Assembly: GCA_028345065.1 (NCBI GenBank)
Contig: JAOMCN010000005.1
Span: forward strand, 6,184-70,183
Direction of reading: 5' to 3'
DNA from: Rhodospirillales bacterium
GTDB taxonomy: Bacteria > Pseudomonadota > Alphaproteobacteria > Rhodospirillales > UBA2165
Length of the DNA stretch: 64,000 nt
The translations under genes were made by a program, and so were the position numbers. Below, piece after piece: positions 28,081 to 37,859 of this stretch (its first letter is position 1; the number at the start of each line of letters is the position of its first letter). The notes below the pieces were generated by a model, which worked only from the letters and a program-made list of their open reading frames with translations, was not told the origin of the DNA and ran no database searches.

Positions 28081-29334
28081 GTGAATAAAAACGAACTTCG
28101 TACCTATGTAGCGGTAACTAGCGCCTATTGGGGTTTTACTATCACTGATGGCGCTTTACGTATGCTTGTTCTTCTTCATTTTCATACTCTGGGTTTTTCA
28201 CCCTTGGACCTCGCGTTTTTATTTTTACTTTATGAGGCAACGGGTATTTTTTCTAATTTTTTTGGAGGTTGGATTGGATCCAGATTTGGCTTACGAGTAA
28301 CTCTATTTGCAGGCTTAATCATACAAATTTGTGCTCTCATTTTGTTATCTGTGGTGCAACCAGACTGGCTAGCCTCTTTTTCCGTTATCTACGTAATGTT
28401 GGTTCAAGCTCTCAGTGGTGTTGCAAAAGACCTCACCAAATTGAGTTCCAAAAGTGCAGTCAAATTCGTCACAGATGAAAAAGATGAGGGTTTGTTATTT
28501 AAATGGATTGCACTGTTGACCGGCTCAAAAAACGCAATGAAAGGGCTCGGTTTCTTCTTGGGCGGGGTTCTTCTTCAGTTATTGGGCTTTAATGTTTCAT
28601 TATGGTTAATGTCCGCGCTGTTAGTAGTAATCCTCGTTATAGCTTACGGTTTTGTTAAGGCGGACCTGGGTAAGGCTACAAAAGAAATCACACGTCGGGA
28701 CCTGTTTGCTAAATCTCGCGAAATTAATTTCCTCTCGGCAGCAAGAATTTTTCTCTTTGCTTCAAGGGATGTCTGGTTTGTTGTAGGTGTGCCAGTTTTC
28801 CTTTACGGCCAACTTGACTGGTCTTTCAATCAAGTAGGAGTTTTTATGGCTGCGTGGGTTATCTTCTACGGCATAGTGCAGGCCATGGTGCCAAGAGTTT
28901 TTTCGAGTGCTACGAATACTCGGGCTAGGGCTATAAATGCAAAATACTATGGCATGTTATTAGCATTTATTCCTTTAGGCATTGCGATTGGCATATCACC
29001 CGAATTTTTATATATGGAAGGGAATGAAAGCGTTAAAAAATTCATCCTTGTGGGGGGTCTATTTTTGTTTGGCTTCGTATTTGCCGTTAATTCATCGATA
29101 CACTCATTCCTTATCGTCGCTTACTCGGATAGTGATAAAGTTGTTTTAAACGTTGGTTTTTATTACATGGCCAATGCCCTTGGCCGACTGGTTGGAACGC
29201 TACTTTCAGGTCTGGTTTTTCAATACTTTGGTCTCTCAACCTGCCTTTTCGTCTCGACTATTATGGTTTGCCTTGCAGTCCTTTTGACAAGGCCCCTGGA
29301 AAAAGAACGGCCATTGACTGACCAGGTTGCATGA
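28081..29334 (+). CDS. arsJ: MFS organoarsenical (1-arseno-3-phosphoglycerate) efflux permease ArsJ-like
   Basis: 417 aa polytopic protein. TDGALRMLVLLHFHTLGFSPL and SGVAKDLTKLSSKSA match motifs I recall for ArsJ. It sits immediately downstream of gap, the known arrangement. Confidence 0.7.
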   Translation: MNKNELRTYVAVTSAYWGFTITDGALRMLVLLHFHTLGFSPLDLAFLFLLYEATGIFSNFFGGWIGSRFGLRVTLFAGLIIQICALILLSVVQPDWLASFSVIYVMLVQALSGVAKDLTKLSSKSAVKFVTDEKDEGLLFKWIALLTGSKNAMKGLGFFLGGVLLQLLGFNVSLWLMSALLVVILVIAYGFVKADLGKATKEITRRDLFAKSREINFLSAARIFLFASRDVWFVVGVPVFLYGQLDWSFNQVGVFMAAWVIFYGIVQAMVPRVFSSATNTRARAINAKYYGMLLAFIPLGIAIGISPEFLYMEGNESVKKFILVGGLFLFGFVFAVNSSIHSFLIVAYSDSDKVVLNVGFYYMANALGRLVGTLLSGLVFQYFGLSTCLFVSTIMVCLAVLLTRPLEKERPLTDQVA

Positions 29335-29431
29335 ATAAATCCATCACATTTGATTAATAAAGAGACAACCCTTTAAAACTACAACACCGGAATTGTAGTG
29401 ACGTTTCTCTTTCGTTGGCTGTATAAGTGCC

Positions 29432-30835
29432 ATGACCAGCACTAGAGACGGAAAAAACCAGATGAAAATCTTTGCCAGCAGACGAGCAGACGCCGTCAAA
29501 ATTATACCTGTAAAGAAGAACGGTTTTAAAAAATGGACGGATGCTCAAGCAGTATCTGTGAAGAAGTGGATCAAGACGGTTGGCTTTGACGGTGCGGCGG
29601 GAAATACTTGTCTAATTCCCAATAACAACGGTTCTTTGGGCAAGGTCCTTTGGGGGGTATCCGATATACCTAATCTCTGGGACAGCGGCAGTTTAGCCCG
29701 GGACTTGCCACACGGCACTTACACATTCGAAGGATTCAATGATGCCAAGACTTCCACACTGGCGGCACTCGGCTGGGGTCTTGGCGCTTACAGATTTGAC
29801 AAATACAAAAATCCTTTAACCTTAAAAACACGGCTTCAATGGCCTTCAGCGTGTGACCGGAAAATTGTAGAACAAACACTTGAAGCCATTTTTCTAGTGC
29901 GAGACCTGATTAATACTCCAGCCGAAGATATGGGTCCAAGTGAGTTAGAAAAAGCTGCTCGCACTCTAGCAAATCGATTTCAAGCGAAGATCAGGGTGAT
30001 TAAGGGCAAACAATTGTTGGCAAAAAACTACCCTGCTATCCATGCCATCGGTCGCGCCAGCGACGATGAACCCCGATTACTTGATATTACGTGGGGTAAG
30101 CCGACACATCCTAAAATCACCTTAATTGGCAAAGGTGTTTGCTTCGACACCGGTGGGCTTGATATCAAGCCGGCATCGGGGATGAAGCTCATGAAAAAAG
30201 ACATGGGTGGCGCCGCCCACGTTTTAGGCCTTGCCTCTATGCTAATGTCTAGCCATTCAAAGGTTCGGTTGCGGGTATTGATCCCAGCAGTCGAGAATAA
30301 TATTGCCGGTAACGCAATCCGTCCCTTGGATATCATCCGTACTCGTAACGGAAAAACCATAGAAATCGGACATACCGATGCAGAGGGGCGCGTAATATTA
30401 GCTGATGCACTCTCAGAAGCTGCACGTGATAACCCGGGAATTATAATTGACTTTGCAACGCTTACCGGAGCTGCTCGGGTAGCTCTTGGAACGGACCTAC
30501 CCGCTCTTTTTACCAATGACGACGAGTTTGCAAACATCCTCCTAGCCTCCGGCATCTCTTGTCAGGATGAATTATGGCGGCTGCCTCTTTGGTCAGACTA
30601 TCGGCGTCAAATCAAAGGAAAAACAGCTGATTTGACTAATTCAGCTGAATCAGGTTTTGGAGGAGCAATTACAGCGGCTCTTTTCCTGCAGGAATTTGTT
30701 GAACCGACGACATCTTGGGCGCACATCGACCTGATGGCCTGGAATACAACGACAAGACCCGGCCGCCCGGAAGGCGGCGAAGCTATGAGTTTACGTGCAG
30801 TTTACCAGGCAATACTCGTTTGGATAGGAAAATAG
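29432..30835 (+). CDS. M17 leucyl aminopeptidase family protein
   Basis: 467 aa (alternative ATG at 29462). Motifs GKGVCFDTGG, MKKDMGGAA and HTDAEGRVILADAL. Confidence 0.88.
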   Translation: MTSTRDGKNQMKIFASRRADAVKIIPVKKNGFKKWTDAQAVSVKKWIKTVGFDGAAGNTCLIPNNNGSLGKVLWGVSDIPNLWDSGSLARDLPHGTYTFEGFNDAKTSTLAALGWGLGAYRFDKYKNPLTLKTRLQWPSACDRKIVEQTLEAIFLVRDLINTPAEDMGPSELEKAARTLANRFQAKIRVIKGKQLLAKNYPAIHAIGRASDDEPRLLDITWGKPTHPKITLIGKGVCFDTGGLDIKPASGMKLMKKDMGGAAHVLGLASMLMSSHSKVRLRVLIPAVENNIAGNAIRPLDIIRTRNGKTIEIGHTDAEGRVILADALSEAARDNPGIIIDFATLTGAARVALGTDLPALFTNDDEFANILLASGISCQDELWRLPLWSDYRRQIKGKTADLTNSAESGFGGAITAALFLQEFVEPTTSWAHIDLMAWNTTTRPGRPEGGEAMSLRAVYQAILVWIGK

Positions 30836-30837
30836 AT

Positions 30838-30852
30838 GCCCCATGGGGGGGC
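30838..30852. terminator. Short GC hairpin between convergent genes (weak bidirectional terminator candidate)
   Basis: gcccc-atggg-ggggc followed by ttt. It lies between the stop of the M17 peptidase gene and the stop of the hydratase gene. Confidence 0.25.
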
Positions 30853-30853
30853 T

Positions 30854-31657
30854 TTATGCTAAAAATTCAGCGGACACGGTTCCTAGATGATCAAGTTTGA
30901 TAACAGCCTTATCCCCTGGAGAAAGCCACTGTGTTTTGACTAGGCTTCCAAGTAGCACAATTTCACCTGCGCACAGAAAGGTTCCCCGGGAAACTTTATG
31001 ATTAGCAAGCCAGGCAAGTGCCTCAAAGGGGTGGCTTAAAATATCAGCGCCTTTACCATTCCCTACTTCAATTTTATTTACCATCATACGCCCGGCAATC
31101 TCAGCCAAGTCAAGGTGCTGCCATTTCTCGATTTCTTCACCCAATACACAGGCGGCTTGAAAAAAATCATCAGCAACCATCGTCTCTAAATCGAGTGACC
31201 GGAAATCTTGGTATCTGTTATCTACTATTTCAATCGCACTCATACAGCTTTCAACACAGTCAAATACTGAGCTTTGGGTATAGGGTTCTCTAGATGGCGG
31301 GAGATCTTTAGCTAGCCGTACTGCAATTTCACATTCAACGCCAACCTGATGGTAAAGGTTTGAAGGTTGTGAGACGCCAAGTGAGTGTACTGTACTTTGA
31401 AAAATACTTCCGGAACACGGATGAGGAATCTTCATATAATCCTGCATGACCTTTGACGTGCATCCGACTTTATGACCGACCCGAGGGCCTAAGCCGGCTT
31501 TTGTAAGGGCTTTATTAAGAGCTTCCTGTAAATCGTAAGCTTCATTTAGCCCGGACGGTTTGCATTGAGCGGGCAGACTTTTAAATGGGCCGGGCGTCAA
31601 ACGGTTTTGCATGAGTGCGATAACAGCATTCTCAATAGCAGGGGTGTCCATAATCAA
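30854..31657 (-). CDS. 2-keto-4-pentenoate hydratase / fumarylacetoacetase-fold hydratase family protein
   Basis: 267 aa. N-terminal AYDLQEAL...GHKVGCTS pattern typical of MhpD/HpcG-type hydratases. Confidence 0.7.
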   Translation of the reverse strand: MIMDTPAIENAVIALMQNRLTPGPFKSLPAQCKPSGLNEAYDLQEALNKALTKAGLGPRVGHKVGCTSKVMQDYMKIPHPCSGSIFQSTVHSLGVSQPSNLYHQVGVECEIAVRLAKDLPPSREPYTQSSVFDCVESCMSAIEIVDNRYQDFRSLDLETMVADDFFQAACVLGEEIEKWQHLDLAEIAGRMMVNKIEVGNGKGADILSHPFEALAWLANHKVSRGTFLCAGEIVLLGSLVKTQWLSPGDKAVIKLDHLGTVSAEFLA

Positions 31658-32089
31658 GGCTCCATTTGTATTAATTATCAGTCACATTAAATTTCTATTT
31701 GACCAATATATTTGGTTAAACTGAAGGAGTTTGAATGTAAATCTTAGACAAAACATAGAGCAGAAAACCAGTTTAAACGAGCCCATCTTGCCAGTCTCAG
31801 ATAGAATTAAATAGGCTAAGCAATCGCTATAAAAATATTAATCGATCAAATTATTAATGGTAATGCGTTTTGTTTTTAAATAACAAACAAGAAAATCATG
31901 GGATATGATTGTAATCTCGCAGACAGGGATAGCCACTATATTGATCAACAAGGTCTTGCAGTGTAAATTTTGGAACCGTATTTGAAATGAATCAATTAAT
32001 CCGCCAAATTATGGTCAAACAACAAAATCTGACAACCATAGCCTTGTTAAAAAGAATTTAACGAATAATCCCGATTGGAGGAAGTGCAC

Positions 32090-32482
32090 ATGCATGTTTT
32101 TAAATTGCACGACGAACAGGAATTTGATTCCACACACCATGTTGAAAAAATACTCGGTGAAATAGCGGGTGGCGATGTTACCATCGCCTGCTGGGAACCG
32201 GAACAAGTGAGCCCCAACCACTGTCATCCTGATGCAACAGAGATTTATTTCTGTTTTGAAGGAGGAGGTGTAATGAATACTCTAGAGGGTTCTGTTGACG
32301 TAGTGCCAGGGGCTTTCGTGGTGCATCCACCTGGAGAACTGCATGAATATGTAAATGGAACTGAGCGCACTCTTCTTTTTAGAGTGCGTTACGGAACTGA
32401 CATGGCTGCGAGGGTAAAAGATTGGCCGAGCAACAAGAAATGGGAACCCGCGAATGAAGACGTGGCATATTTTAGGAAGTGA
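32090..32482 (+). CDS. Cupin domain protein
   Basis: 130 aa from ATG 32090, 5 nt after GGAGGAAG. Cupin His motifs HCHPDATEIYF and PPGELHEY. Confidence 0.75.
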   Translation: MHVFKLHDEQEFDSTHHVEKILGEIAGGDVTIACWEPEQVSPNHCHPDATEIYFCFEGGGVMNTLEGSVDVVPGAFVVHPPGELHEYVNGTERTLLFRVRYGTDMAARVKDWPSNKKWEPANEDVAYFRK

Positions 32483-32716
32483 TGCAGAAGGTATCAAAGA
32501 CGACCAACCACGCTGAAAATTGGAAGTTAGGCTAGTTTAAAATTCAAGTTTGGTATTTGGTGGCACTGCATAACAAATGTTAGTTTCTTCGTCATCCCTA
32601 AGTTAGGATCTGAATATGACGTTACCGTAACTGGTGAGCAAGAATTAGAGGCCCTCGAGATAGAGTATAAAAAACAGAAATTTTATCTGGGGTAGATAGG
32701 GTTTTGAAAAAATATT

Positions 32717-34213
32717 TTAGTTTTCTAAACCCATAGCCAGCCGGCCTGCTGAAGATCCGGCGATACGCCCAAATACTGAACCCGATACCAAGCCGGACCC
32801 ACCTGGGTAATTGAAATAAAAGATACCACCAACTAATTCGCCTGCGGCGTACAGACTTGGGATAGGCTGATGTGAGGTATCCAACACATTGGCATGTTCA
32901 TTTATTCGCAAACCACCAAAAGTGAAAGTTATTCCGCAGGTGATAGCATAAGCCTCGTAAGGTGGTGTATCTAAGGCATTAGCCCAATTAGATTTTTGGA
33001 CATTATTACTTTGAGAGTGGCGACCATCCTTAATATTAGGGTTGAAAGGTGTGTCAGTGGCGACCGCAGCATTGAATTCAGTAACAGTTTTTAAAAATGA
33101 GTCGGGGTCGACACCATCAAGTTTTCTTGCCAGATCTTCCAATGTTTCGGCTTCGACTTTTGTGACCTGGCGGATGCGGTATTCATCCCGAAGCAGGTGC
33201 GTTACCTTACTATCAAATACTTGCCAAGCAAAATGACCAGGTTGTTCTAATACTGCACGGCCATAGCGCACATAAGTATAATTTCGAAAATCCGCACCTT
33301 CGTCAACGAAACGATCACCGTTAGCATTGACAATGATGCCAAAGGGGTAGCTGTGCTTCTGAAAATTGTCTCCAACGTCTAGGTCACCAAACTCCGGTGC
33401 GTTGCGATCCCAGCCAACAGAATGTGCCCCTGACCAGTTTCCATAAGGCATCGCACCGATATCAAGCGCCATTCTGATGCCATCACCCATATTAAATCTA
33501 GTTCCGCGAACCTTTGCTAAATCCCAACCCGGCCCCAGGCATCGGGTTCGCCATTCCGAGTTAGCTTCAAATCCGCCGCAAGCAAGGATTACGGTCTTGG
33601 CGAAAAGATTTTGTGTTTTACCTAATGTACGGCATACCACGCCTTTCACCTGATTTCCTTCGGTGATCAGTGCATTTGCAGGGGTTCCGAATCGTATCTC
33701 AATATTATTTGATTTGGCGGCGTCCATGAGCGACCCTATCAGGCCAGGACCCCCACCTGTTGCCTCGATATGTGCCCCACCCCAGAACTTGAATTTGCCA
33801 TCTACCTTGAAAGCTTGTCTCCCATAAGCGGGTAAGAACCGAACCCCATGGGAACACATCCAGATGCCCGTTTCATGCGCGCGATCAACCATTATTTTAA
33901 CAAGATCAGGGTTTGCTCGGTACTGGGTTACTCGCGCCATATCATCAAAAAACTGGTCTCGGGTATAACTGCCAAAATCAACGTTGGTTTTTTCCTCTTC
34001 CGATAAGTCTGGAATAATTTGTTCCAATTCTTCAATGTTAGCGTAAGGAATACGAAATAATCCTGCCGTGTAACGGCTGTTACCACCAGATTCATCCTCT
34101 GGTGCGGCTTCGAGCACGATTACGCTGGCACCATGCTCCCTTGCAGCGAGTGCCGCGCACAATGCTGCATTCCCTGCGCCGATTACGATAACGTCCGCAT
34201 CTTCCTTTGCCAC
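32717..34213 (-). CDS. tcuA: FAD-dependent oxidoreductase of the tricarballylate dehydrogenase (TcuA) type
   Basis: 498 aa. GTG start. Dinucleotide motif VIVIGAGNAALCAA. Fumarate reductase/succinate dehydrogenase-like flavoprotein features; TcuA-like by memory. Confidence 0.7.
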   Translation of the reverse strand: MAKEDADVIVIGAGNAALCAALAAREHGASVIVLEAAPEDESGGNSRYTAGLFRIPYANIEELEQIIPDLSEEEKTNVDFGSYTRDQFFDDMARVTQYRANPDLVKIMVDRAHETGIWMCSHGVRFLPAYGRQAFKVDGKFKFWGGAHIEATGGGPGLIGSLMDAAKSNNIEIRFGTPANALITEGNQVKGVVCRTLGKTQNLFAKTVILACGGFEANSEWRTRCLGPGWDLAKVRGTRFNMGDGIRMALDIGAMPYGNWSGAHSVGWDRNAPEFGDLDVGDNFQKHSYPFGIIVNANGDRFVDEGADFRNYTYVRYGRAVLEQPGHFAWQVFDSKVTHLLRDEYRIRQVTKVEAETLEDLARKLDGVDPDSFLKTVTEFNAAVATDTPFNPNIKDGRHSQSNNVQKSNWANALDTPPYEAYAITCGITFTFGGLRINEHANVLDTSHQPIPSLYAAGELVGGIFYFNYPGGSGLVSGSVFGRIAGSSAGRLAMGLEN

Positions 34214-34519
34214 TGTAGAGCTTCTCCTTATTATTGTCGTTGGCTGATAAACTTAGGCGTAATTCTCGGTGTAAGGTAGTAAAGTCAAGACGAACAGAAA
34301 AAAAATCAAAAAATTGTAGTAAAGCCTAAATTACGGGTTAATTAATTAACTTCTAAAGTTAAACTGAAGTTACATAAAGTTTCGAATTTAACATAATAAT
34401 TTCAAGGTTCGGAACAAGCTGGGACTATTATCAGGATTTTGCCGACGTGTTTTTGTTTAGTTTGGATGTTAGAGCCTGCATGTGAAACTAATAAGAAGCT
34501 AATTTATTTTCCTCTAGAG

Positions 34520-35413
34520 CTAAACGGGATTTAACTCCACGCCATTCTGTGCGCATGCAGCAGTAAGTGTATTCTGCAACAAACACGCTATAGTCATGGG
34601 GCCGACGCCACCTGGTACTGGGGTTAGTGCACCCGCAACCAGTTTAACGTTGTCGTAGTCCACGTCACCGACGAGTTTAGATTTTCCTTCCTCATCGGGG
34701 GGTAGCCTATTGATTCCGACATCTATAACTATGGCGCCTTTCTTCACCCAATCCTTTTTAACCATTCTGGGGCGACCAGTTGCAGCTACCAAGATATCTG
34801 CACGAGCACATTCCATTGCTAAATCCTGAGTGCGAGAGTGGGCGACAGTGACAGTACAGTTTTCACCAAGTAGAAGTGATGCCATAGGTTTGCCTACAAT
34901 ATTGGAACGCCCCAGGACAAGGGCTCGTTTGCCTGAGAGATCAGAGCCCAAGACATCTTTTATCAACATCAGACAGCCGAGGGGCGTGCAGGGAATGAGC
35001 CCGGGAGCACCAGTAGCGAGCTTCCCCACATTGAAAAGATGAAAGCCATCGACATCTTTAGCGTAATCAATTTCGGCTAGGATAATCTGTTCATCAAGTT
35101 GGTCAGGTAAGGGAAGCTGAACCAGTATCCCGTTTACAGACGGATCAGAATTTAGCCCATCTATAAGCGTAAGAAGTTCTTTCTGGGAAGTGTCCGCGGG
35201 CAGTTTGTGCTCGATACTTTTCATACCAGCTTGGGAAGTCATTTTTTGTTTATTGCGGACGTAAATTTCGCTGGCAGGGTCGGAGCCAACCAATACCACA
35301 GCTAATCCCGGGGTTAGGTTATGAAGTTCTTTAAGTTTATTTACTCTATCAGCTATTTCATCTCGAAGTTTCTCAGCAAAGGCCTTCCCGTCGATCAATA
35401 ATGCGTCTGCCAT
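34520..35413 (-). CDS. folD: Bifunctional methylenetetrahydrofolate dehydrogenase / methenyl-THF cyclohydrolase
   Basis: 297 aa. Motifs [16 protein letters not shown] and VPGGVGPMT. Confidence 0.95.
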   Translation of the reverse strand: MADALLIDGKAFAEKLRDEIADRVNKLKELHNLTPGLAVVLVGSDPASEIYVRNKQKMTSQAGMKSIEHKLPADTSQKELLTLIDGLNSDPSVNGILVQLPLPDQLDEQIILAEIDYAKDVDGFHLFNVGKLATGAPGLIPCTPLGCLMLIKDVLGSDLSGKRALVLGRSNIVGKPMASLLLGENCTVTVAHSRTQDLAMECARADILVAATGRPRMVKKDWVKKGAIVIDVGINRLPPDEEGKSKLVGDVDYDNVKLVAGALTPVPGGVGPMTIACLLQNTLTAACAQNGVELNPV

Positions 35414-35458
35414 TAGTCACCTCTCCAAATAAACGTTTTTATTGGCACGTCCCTTAAT

Positions 35459-35770
35459 TTAGGATGTAAGAACCGGCTCAACTATTTGCCTGTCTTTCGC
35501 GATCTCAATAATTTTTCTCCGAGTGGTTACCCCTTTGGTGATATTCAGCGATGACTTCGGTAGCTTCCATTCTGTGGTGAGTAATTTAAGCAAGGCAGTA
35601 TTGGCCTTGCCAGATTCGGTTGTAGCGGTGACTGAAGATTTGATAACGACATTACTATCAGTTTCATGGGCTAGACTTACAATTGAATTTTGAGAAGCCT
35701 TAGGTGTTAAACGAACGATAACGCCGAATTCATCATTTTTAATGTAAAAGAGATTAGAAGGTGCCACCAT
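35459..35770 (-). CDS. DUF167 (YggU) family protein
   Basis: About 103 aa. Motifs VRLTPKAS and GKAN.AL...L. ATG 35770 is preferred over the GTG at 35776. Confidence 0.75.
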   Translation of the reverse strand: MVAPSNLFYIKNDEFGVIVRLTPKASQNSIVSLAHETDSNVVIKSSVTATTESGKANTALLKLLTTEWKLPKSSLNITKGVTTRRKIIEIAKDRQIVEPVLTS

Positions 35771-36038
35771 ATTCACGCAGCAGGTTTCGAAGAAAAACGA
35801 TTAAAAGGATAACAATCACCGGTGAGATATCAAAGCCACCTATATTAGGCACCCAACGTCTTAAGATTCCTAACACTGGTTCAGTAATGCGGTATAAGAA
35901 ATTACCGACCATACTAACGAATCGGTTATGGGTATTGATTATCCCAGCATACGTCAGCCAACTCATTACCGCGACGATGATAATACACCACATGTAGATG
36001 CCGAGGATATTGTCTATTAGAATGAGTATAGAATACAT
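35754..36038 (-). CDS. yggT: YggT family membrane protein
   Basis: 94 aa with two TM helices. Conserved position upstream of the DUF167 gene and folD. Confidence 0.8.
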   Translation of the reverse strand: MYSILILIDNILGIYMWCIIIVAVMSWLTYAGIINTHNRFVSMVGNFLYRITEPVLGILRRWVPNIGGFDISPVIVILLIVFLRNLLREYGGTF

Positions 36039-36378
36039 AGATGAATTCCGTGATTACTGACTGACCCAAATAGCATTGGGGAAACCTAACGTTAGCTTGG
36101 ATACAACGCAAGATTGAAGAATTTTTGTGTTATATTTGTATTTCTGAAAATTATTTTTGATTTATCAGCTAAATATGACGGTAAAAAGGTGTGATTGTTA
36201 GTATTGCCGGGGTTGGCGTGATTAAATATCGTGAACAGGCAATTATTGATTTAGTATTCAATTGTGATGGGCAGAAAATAATCGCCGTGTGACTGATACG
36301 TGTGTTTGATCGTGTGTATACAGGTAACGATTCTTGTTGTAACAACGATTTAGATTTACAAAGGTCACCAAGAAATGT

Positions 36379-36454
36379 GGGGCTGTAGCTCAGTTGGGAG
36401 AGCGCTGCGTTCGCAATGCAGAGGTCGTGAGTTCGAATCTCATCAGCTCCACCA
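36379..36454 (+). tRNA. tRNA-Ala (anticodon CGC)
   Basis: Manual cloverleaf. Acceptor ggggctg / cagctcc with the G3:U70 Ala identity pair, anticodon loop ttCGCaa, T-loop gttcgaatc, encoded CCA. Confidence 0.9.
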
Positions 36455-36635
36455 CTTACTCTCAATGACGCTTTGTTGAATTGGATAAAATTCTCCGAGG
36501 AACATCGCGGTCCGACCGCCAATAAACTGACATTTTTCAAACTCGGAAGAATGCTGTGGAGAAAACTTCGTGGAATTTGATATCTATGTAATTGGGGAGT
36601 CTATTGATTATTGTGTTTAAAATATAATAGGGACT

Positions 36636-36959
36636 TCAATTTTCGTCACGCTGATCGGAAGTTTTTTTTAATTGGACGTAGAATTTGGCTAGTTTCACTC
36701 TAGCTTCACCCGCGGTAATCTTTCTGTTTAATACTTTCTTGGAGAGGTTTTCGGCGTGTAGAAGGTATAATCCTACAAGGTCGCTATTTTTGTGATGTGA
36801 TAGGAGTTTCCAATCATTCTTCACGGTTAATACGAGACATTCCACCATCATAGGGAATTTTCTATGCTGAGTTTCACAAGAATTCTGGTATTCAGATAAC
36901 CCGGGTCCGGAGCATGATGCCAACGCAACTGCCATAGCAGCTAATATGGATCGTTTCAT
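36636..36959 (-). CDS. Hypothetical lipoprotein
   Basis: 107 aa. Signal peptide with lipobox LASC. Confidence 0.55.
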   Translation of the reverse strand: MKRSILAAMAVALASCSGPGLSEYQNSCETQHRKFPMMVECLVLTVKNDWKLLSHHKNSDLVGLYLLHAENLSKKVLNRKITAGEARVKLAKFYVQLKKTSDQRDEN

Positions 36960-37221
36960 ATGAACGCTCCTTAAGTTTCAAAACCAGTTAAAAACTTAGA
37001 CCAGATAAAGGAGACTGATCAATAGAAATAGTTAAAACGGGGATGGTCGACAGCAAGTCTTGCAACTATTAGCAGACGCGGTGGCAGACCTGGGAAGCTA
37101 TCTCCTCTATAAGAAAAGTCCATTGGTTCCCGGAGAATAAAAGGATGACGGATTCGGATTTAAATATCCCACTAAGGGTAGAATCTGAACACAAAATGGA
37201 TCGTAAGAAGTAGCTTAGATC

Positions 37222-37440
37222 CTAGAATAAAAGCCCAACTGCTAATTTGAAGAATTCCTTGTTACCAGTTGTGTGGTGTAACATTCTCCGACGTTCATAA
37301 AAATTTTTACGATCTTCAATCCCACGAATTTCTACCTTACTTTTTTTTACATCCACACGCATTTCATTTAACTTCTGGGTACAAGCCGAAATAGCCAAAA
37401 CTACCAAAAACAAAACAAAACCTTGTTTCAGTTTTTCCAA
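37222..37440 (-). CDS. Possible small lipoprotein downstream of the Cys-rich miniprotein
   Basis: The track ORF (37222-37515) overlaps the Cys-rich gene. An internal TTG at 37440, 5 nt after that gene's stop, gives LEKLKQGFVLFLVVLAISAC... with lipobox LAISAC. The start is uncertain. Confidence 0.35.
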   Translation of the reverse strand: MEKLKQGFVLFLVVLAISACTQKLNEMRVDVKKSKVEIRGIEDRKNFYERRRMLHHTTGNKEFFKLAVGLLF

Positions 37441-37445
37441 GGAAA

Positions 37446-37637
37446 TTACGCAGCACAGGACATATCTTGCCCACAGCACATTGGTGATTTGATTTTTCCG
37501 TGGTCGTTCGGGCATTTGGAAATTTGCACTTTCGTACCGTCGCCCTTTGTAAGAACATCATCCACAAGCGGGGCATCACATTTTGCACAGGAAGCGTTAA
37601 CGGCCATCCCACATTGGCTGCATTCATAAGTTGCCAC
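37446..37637 (-). CDS. 63-aa cysteine-rich (8 Cys, 1 His) putative metal-binding miniprotein
   Basis: GTG start 5 nt downstream of a perfect GGAGG. N-terminal zinc-ribbon/rubredoxin-like pair CSQC...CAKC, then C-x3-H...CCG...C. No family name recognised. Confidence 0.6.
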   Translation of the reverse strand: MATYECSQCGMAVNASCAKCDAPLVDDVLTKGDGTKVQISKCPNDHGKIKSPMCCGQDMSCAA

Positions 37638-37859
37638 AACTACCTCCTAAATTAAATCTGACACTAAACACAAATCTAGACTATCAAATTGATATTTGCC
37701 AATGGAAACTTTTTGAATATTCGATCATCTACATAATTTGTAAAATCGGTTAAACCTTATTATTTGTGAAAATACCTTAGGACAGGTCTATTCGGGAACG
37801 TCTGTTTATTACGCCGACTTGGACAGGTTTGTGCTATGTTTACTTTCAGAAAGGACGTC

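Noticed and set aside
30028-30555. 175-aa minus-strand ORF
   Set aside because: Antisense to the M17 aminopeptidase catalytic domain. Shadow frame.
36169-36540. 123-aa minus-strand ORF
   Set aside because: It spans the tRNA-Ala gene (36379-36454) on the opposite strand and has no coding features.
37364-37639. 91-aa minus-strand and 68-aa plus-strand ORFs overlapping the Cys-rich miniprotein gene
   Set aside because: They are alternative frames of the same DNA. Only the 63-aa frame has a perfect GGAGG at the right distance and an ordered Cys pattern.
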